The position numbers and the translations under genes are program-made. A DNA stretch of 64,000 nucleotides, taken from contig JABDAZ010000011.1 in assembly GCA_013288945.1 (NCBI GenBank), positions 626 to 64,625 of the forward strand, in the 5' to 3' direction. The notes under the pieces were generated by a model. The model did no database searches. It had not been told where the DNA came from and saw only the letters and a list, made by a program, of their open reading frames with translations. Below, piece by piece: positions 61,944 through 64,000 of the stretch (position 1 is its first letter; each line of letters opens with the position of its first letter). The stretch is from Bacteroidota bacterium. GTDB taxonomy: Bacteria > Bacteroidota > Bacteroidia > Chitinophagales > Chitinophagaceae.

Positions 61944-64000
61944 TCATCTTATTAATACTATTGTTCCTTTATAAACTGCCTGTTCTCCACTTAAAGATTT
62001 TATGGTAACAACATAAACATAAGAGCCAGTTGGCGCAGCAGCGCCTTTTATATTTCCATCCCAACCATAGTTTGTATAATTCGGTATTCCATTTTGATTT
62101 TGAAAAACTTTATAACCCCAACGATCATAAATGGTGAAGTCTTTTATAATATCGCCAGGCAATCCGCCCATAATATAAAACACATCATTTTTGCCATCGC
62201 CATTCGGGCTAAATGCATTTGGAATATGAATTTTTGATATCACATTTACAGTTACAGAATCGGTTGCGGGGCAACCATCAGTTGAAGAAACAACCGTTAA
62301 ATAATAAACTGTACTTCTGTGCGGCGATGCAATTACAGATGGAATATTGTCAGCAGATAAATAATAATCTGGCGTCCAGGTATAAGAAGATACATCGCCT
62401 TGCACAGGAATTGTAAGCGGTGTGCTCGCTCCAAATTGTATTGTAATAATTGAATCTGCCGGGCCCAATATCGGAATTGGTTTTACTATTAATGAAATGA
62501 TATTAGATGTATCCGAAGCCGATATACATCCACTAATGGTTGAAATAATACATAGCACGGAATCTCCTGTTACCAATGATTTGGTAATGTATTTATTACT
62601 ATTGGTTCCAACAGAATCATTATTTACTTTCCATAAAAAATTAAGCGGGCTTGTAGAGTCTGCAACAATTGCAGAAAATATAACCGGCGTTCCTGCGCAA
62701 ACGGTATCAGCCGGCGTTGTAATTTTTACTTTTGAAACAAATGGATTTGAAATAGTAATTGTATCCGTATTAAAAGTACATCCCGAAGTATCCGTAAGCA
62801 CTGCATAATAAATTCCTGCTGTTTTTGGATAAAACACGGTATCAATGACAGTAATAAAGTGCTTATATTTTTCAACCCTGTTATTTGCAAAATCGGCAAT
62901 AAATAAATTGCTACTGTCGTCAACACAAATTGAATAAGGTTCATTCAATTGGTTGTTTGCGTTTCCTTTTCCATTTGCTCCTGCTACAACAGTGCCTTTT
63001 GTTGATCCGCCAATAAACTCAAGTACCTGATCATTTCTTCCATCAGCAATAAAAATATTATTATGATTATCAACAAACACGCCGTAAGGAACAAACGGTG
63101 GCGAAGTTTGGCTTCCGTCAAGAACAGTTGTGTTTCCGGGTAAAAGTATTATTTTATCATTTTGAAAATCCGATACATAAACACTTCCGCTCGAAGTTAC
63201 ATACATTGAAAACGCATTCGTCACTGTGCCTATTAATGAACCAAAATTTTGATTGGTAGAATTTGGTGGAAATTCCACCACGCGATTGTTTAAGGCATCG
63301 CAAACAAAAATATTTCCTGCGCCATCAACTCCAACTGACACAGGATCTGAAATTTGATTTAAAGCTGTGCCGATACTATTGCCGCCAGCAACAGTAATAC
63401 CATTAGTAGAACTGTTTGATCCTGGCGGAAATTTTTGTATGCGGTAGTTCTCTGCATCCGCAACATATAAATTTCCCTGGGCATCTACACACACACTCGT
63501 TGGCGATGATAATTGATTTGCATTAAAACCATTTCCATTTCCGCCTGCAACTACAATTCCGTTTGTAAAATTGTTTGAGCCTTTTGGAAAAAACAATATC
63601 CTGTTATTATGAGTATCTGCAACATATATATTGCCATTTGCATCAACGCAAACAGCCGAAGGTTCATTTAATTGATTGTTTGAATTGCCCGCACCATTTC
63701 CACCTGCAACAGTTATTCCAACGCTTCTTATTCCGGTATCTAAAACCTGGTAAGATGTAAATATGGTATCTATGTTTCCATCTTTTATCCAATTAACAGT
63801 GCTTATGCTATTAATATCCGGATTAATAATTAAACTATCATTTGCAGGGCAATTGCCAGCTTGCAAACTAAGCGATGCAGATGGTGGTGTATGAAAATGA
63901 ATAATAAAATCTGATGATACAATTGTTGGGACAACTACACAGCTTACATTACTTGTAAGTTCACAATTCACAACATCACCATTTGAAAAAACGCCAGAAT
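61944..64000 (-). CDS. NHL-repeat/Ig-like T9SS type-B cargo protein (5' end beyond window)
   Basis: TVAGGNG.G..NQL..P..VD..GN.YVAD..N.R repeats, IPNAFSPNGDGKND..WDG..KGTIVLIR; frame stays open to the window edge. Confidence 0.88.
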   Translation of the reverse strand, partial: SGVFSNGDVVNCELTSNVSCVVVPTIVSSDFIIHFHTPPSASLSLQAGNCPANDSLIINPDINSISTVNWIKDGNIDTIFTSYQVLDTGIRSVGITVAGGNGAGNSNNQLNEPSAVCVDANGNIYVADTHNNRILFFPKGSNNFTNGIVVAGGNGNGFNANQLSSPTSVCVDAQGNLYVADAENYRIQKFPPGSNSSTNGITVAGGNSIGTALNQISDPVSVGVDGAGNIFVCDALNNRVVEFPPNSTNQNFGSLIGTVTNAFSMYVTSSGSVYVSDFQNDKIILLPGNTTVLDGSQTSPPFVPYGVFVDNHNNIFIADGRNDQVLEFIGGSTKGTVVAGANGKGNANNQLNEPYSICVDDSSNLFIADFANNRVEKYKHFITVIDTVFYPKTAGIYYAVLTDTSGCTFNTDTITISNPFVSKVKITTPADTVCAGTPVIFSAIVADSTSPLNFLWKVNNDSVGTNSNKYITKSLVTGDSVLCIISTISGCISASDTSNIISLIVKPIPILGPADSIITIQFGASTPLTIPVQGDVSSYTWTPDYYLSADNIPSVIASPHRSTVYYLTVVSSTDGCPATDSVTVNVISKIHIPNAFSPNGDGKNDVFYIMGGLPGDIIKDFTIYDRWGYKVFQNQNGIPNYTNYGWDGNIKGAAAPTGSYVYVVTIKSLSGEQAVYKGTIVLIR

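Noticed and set aside
55145-64000. Internal repeats in the ASPIC/UnbV and NHL genes as DNA repeat arrays or DGR targets
   Set aside because: Explained by protein beta-propeller repeats with synonymous divergence; no reverse transcriptase or TR/VR pair seen

Overview
AT-rich Bacteroidota chromosome segment (Chitinophagaceae-like; inferred from SusC/SusD, T9SS type-B sorting domains and TAnnTTTG promoters). 1-15 kb is the alternative complex III (actA-F) plus aa3-type cytochrome c oxidase cluster. The rest is mostly housekeeping (ligA, asd, obgE, gnd-zwf-pgl, trmB, acyl-CoA dehydrogenase), plus hicAB, two GH30 lipoproteins and an AraC/SusC/SusD/2x ASPIC-UnbV locus. The most interesting signals are non-coding and absent from the ORF track. 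(1) A 167-nt tRNA-Asp(GUC)-like RNA with a ~96-nt structured variable arm, between an AsnC/Lrp gene and trmB. (2) A DUF3800 gene with a convergent ~85-nt RNA that has its own promoter and terminator. (3) A 21-codon Lys/Ile/Thr/Met-rich leader peptide with full attenuator geometry upstream of asd. (4) Six copies of a ~75-nt intergenic element with core GTACAAGWGTGCGACGC. (5) Heptamer-periodic inverted repeats, one apparently in-frame inside ligA. (6) Strong excess of the palindrome TTATTAATAA. All calls were made by eye, with no database searches.
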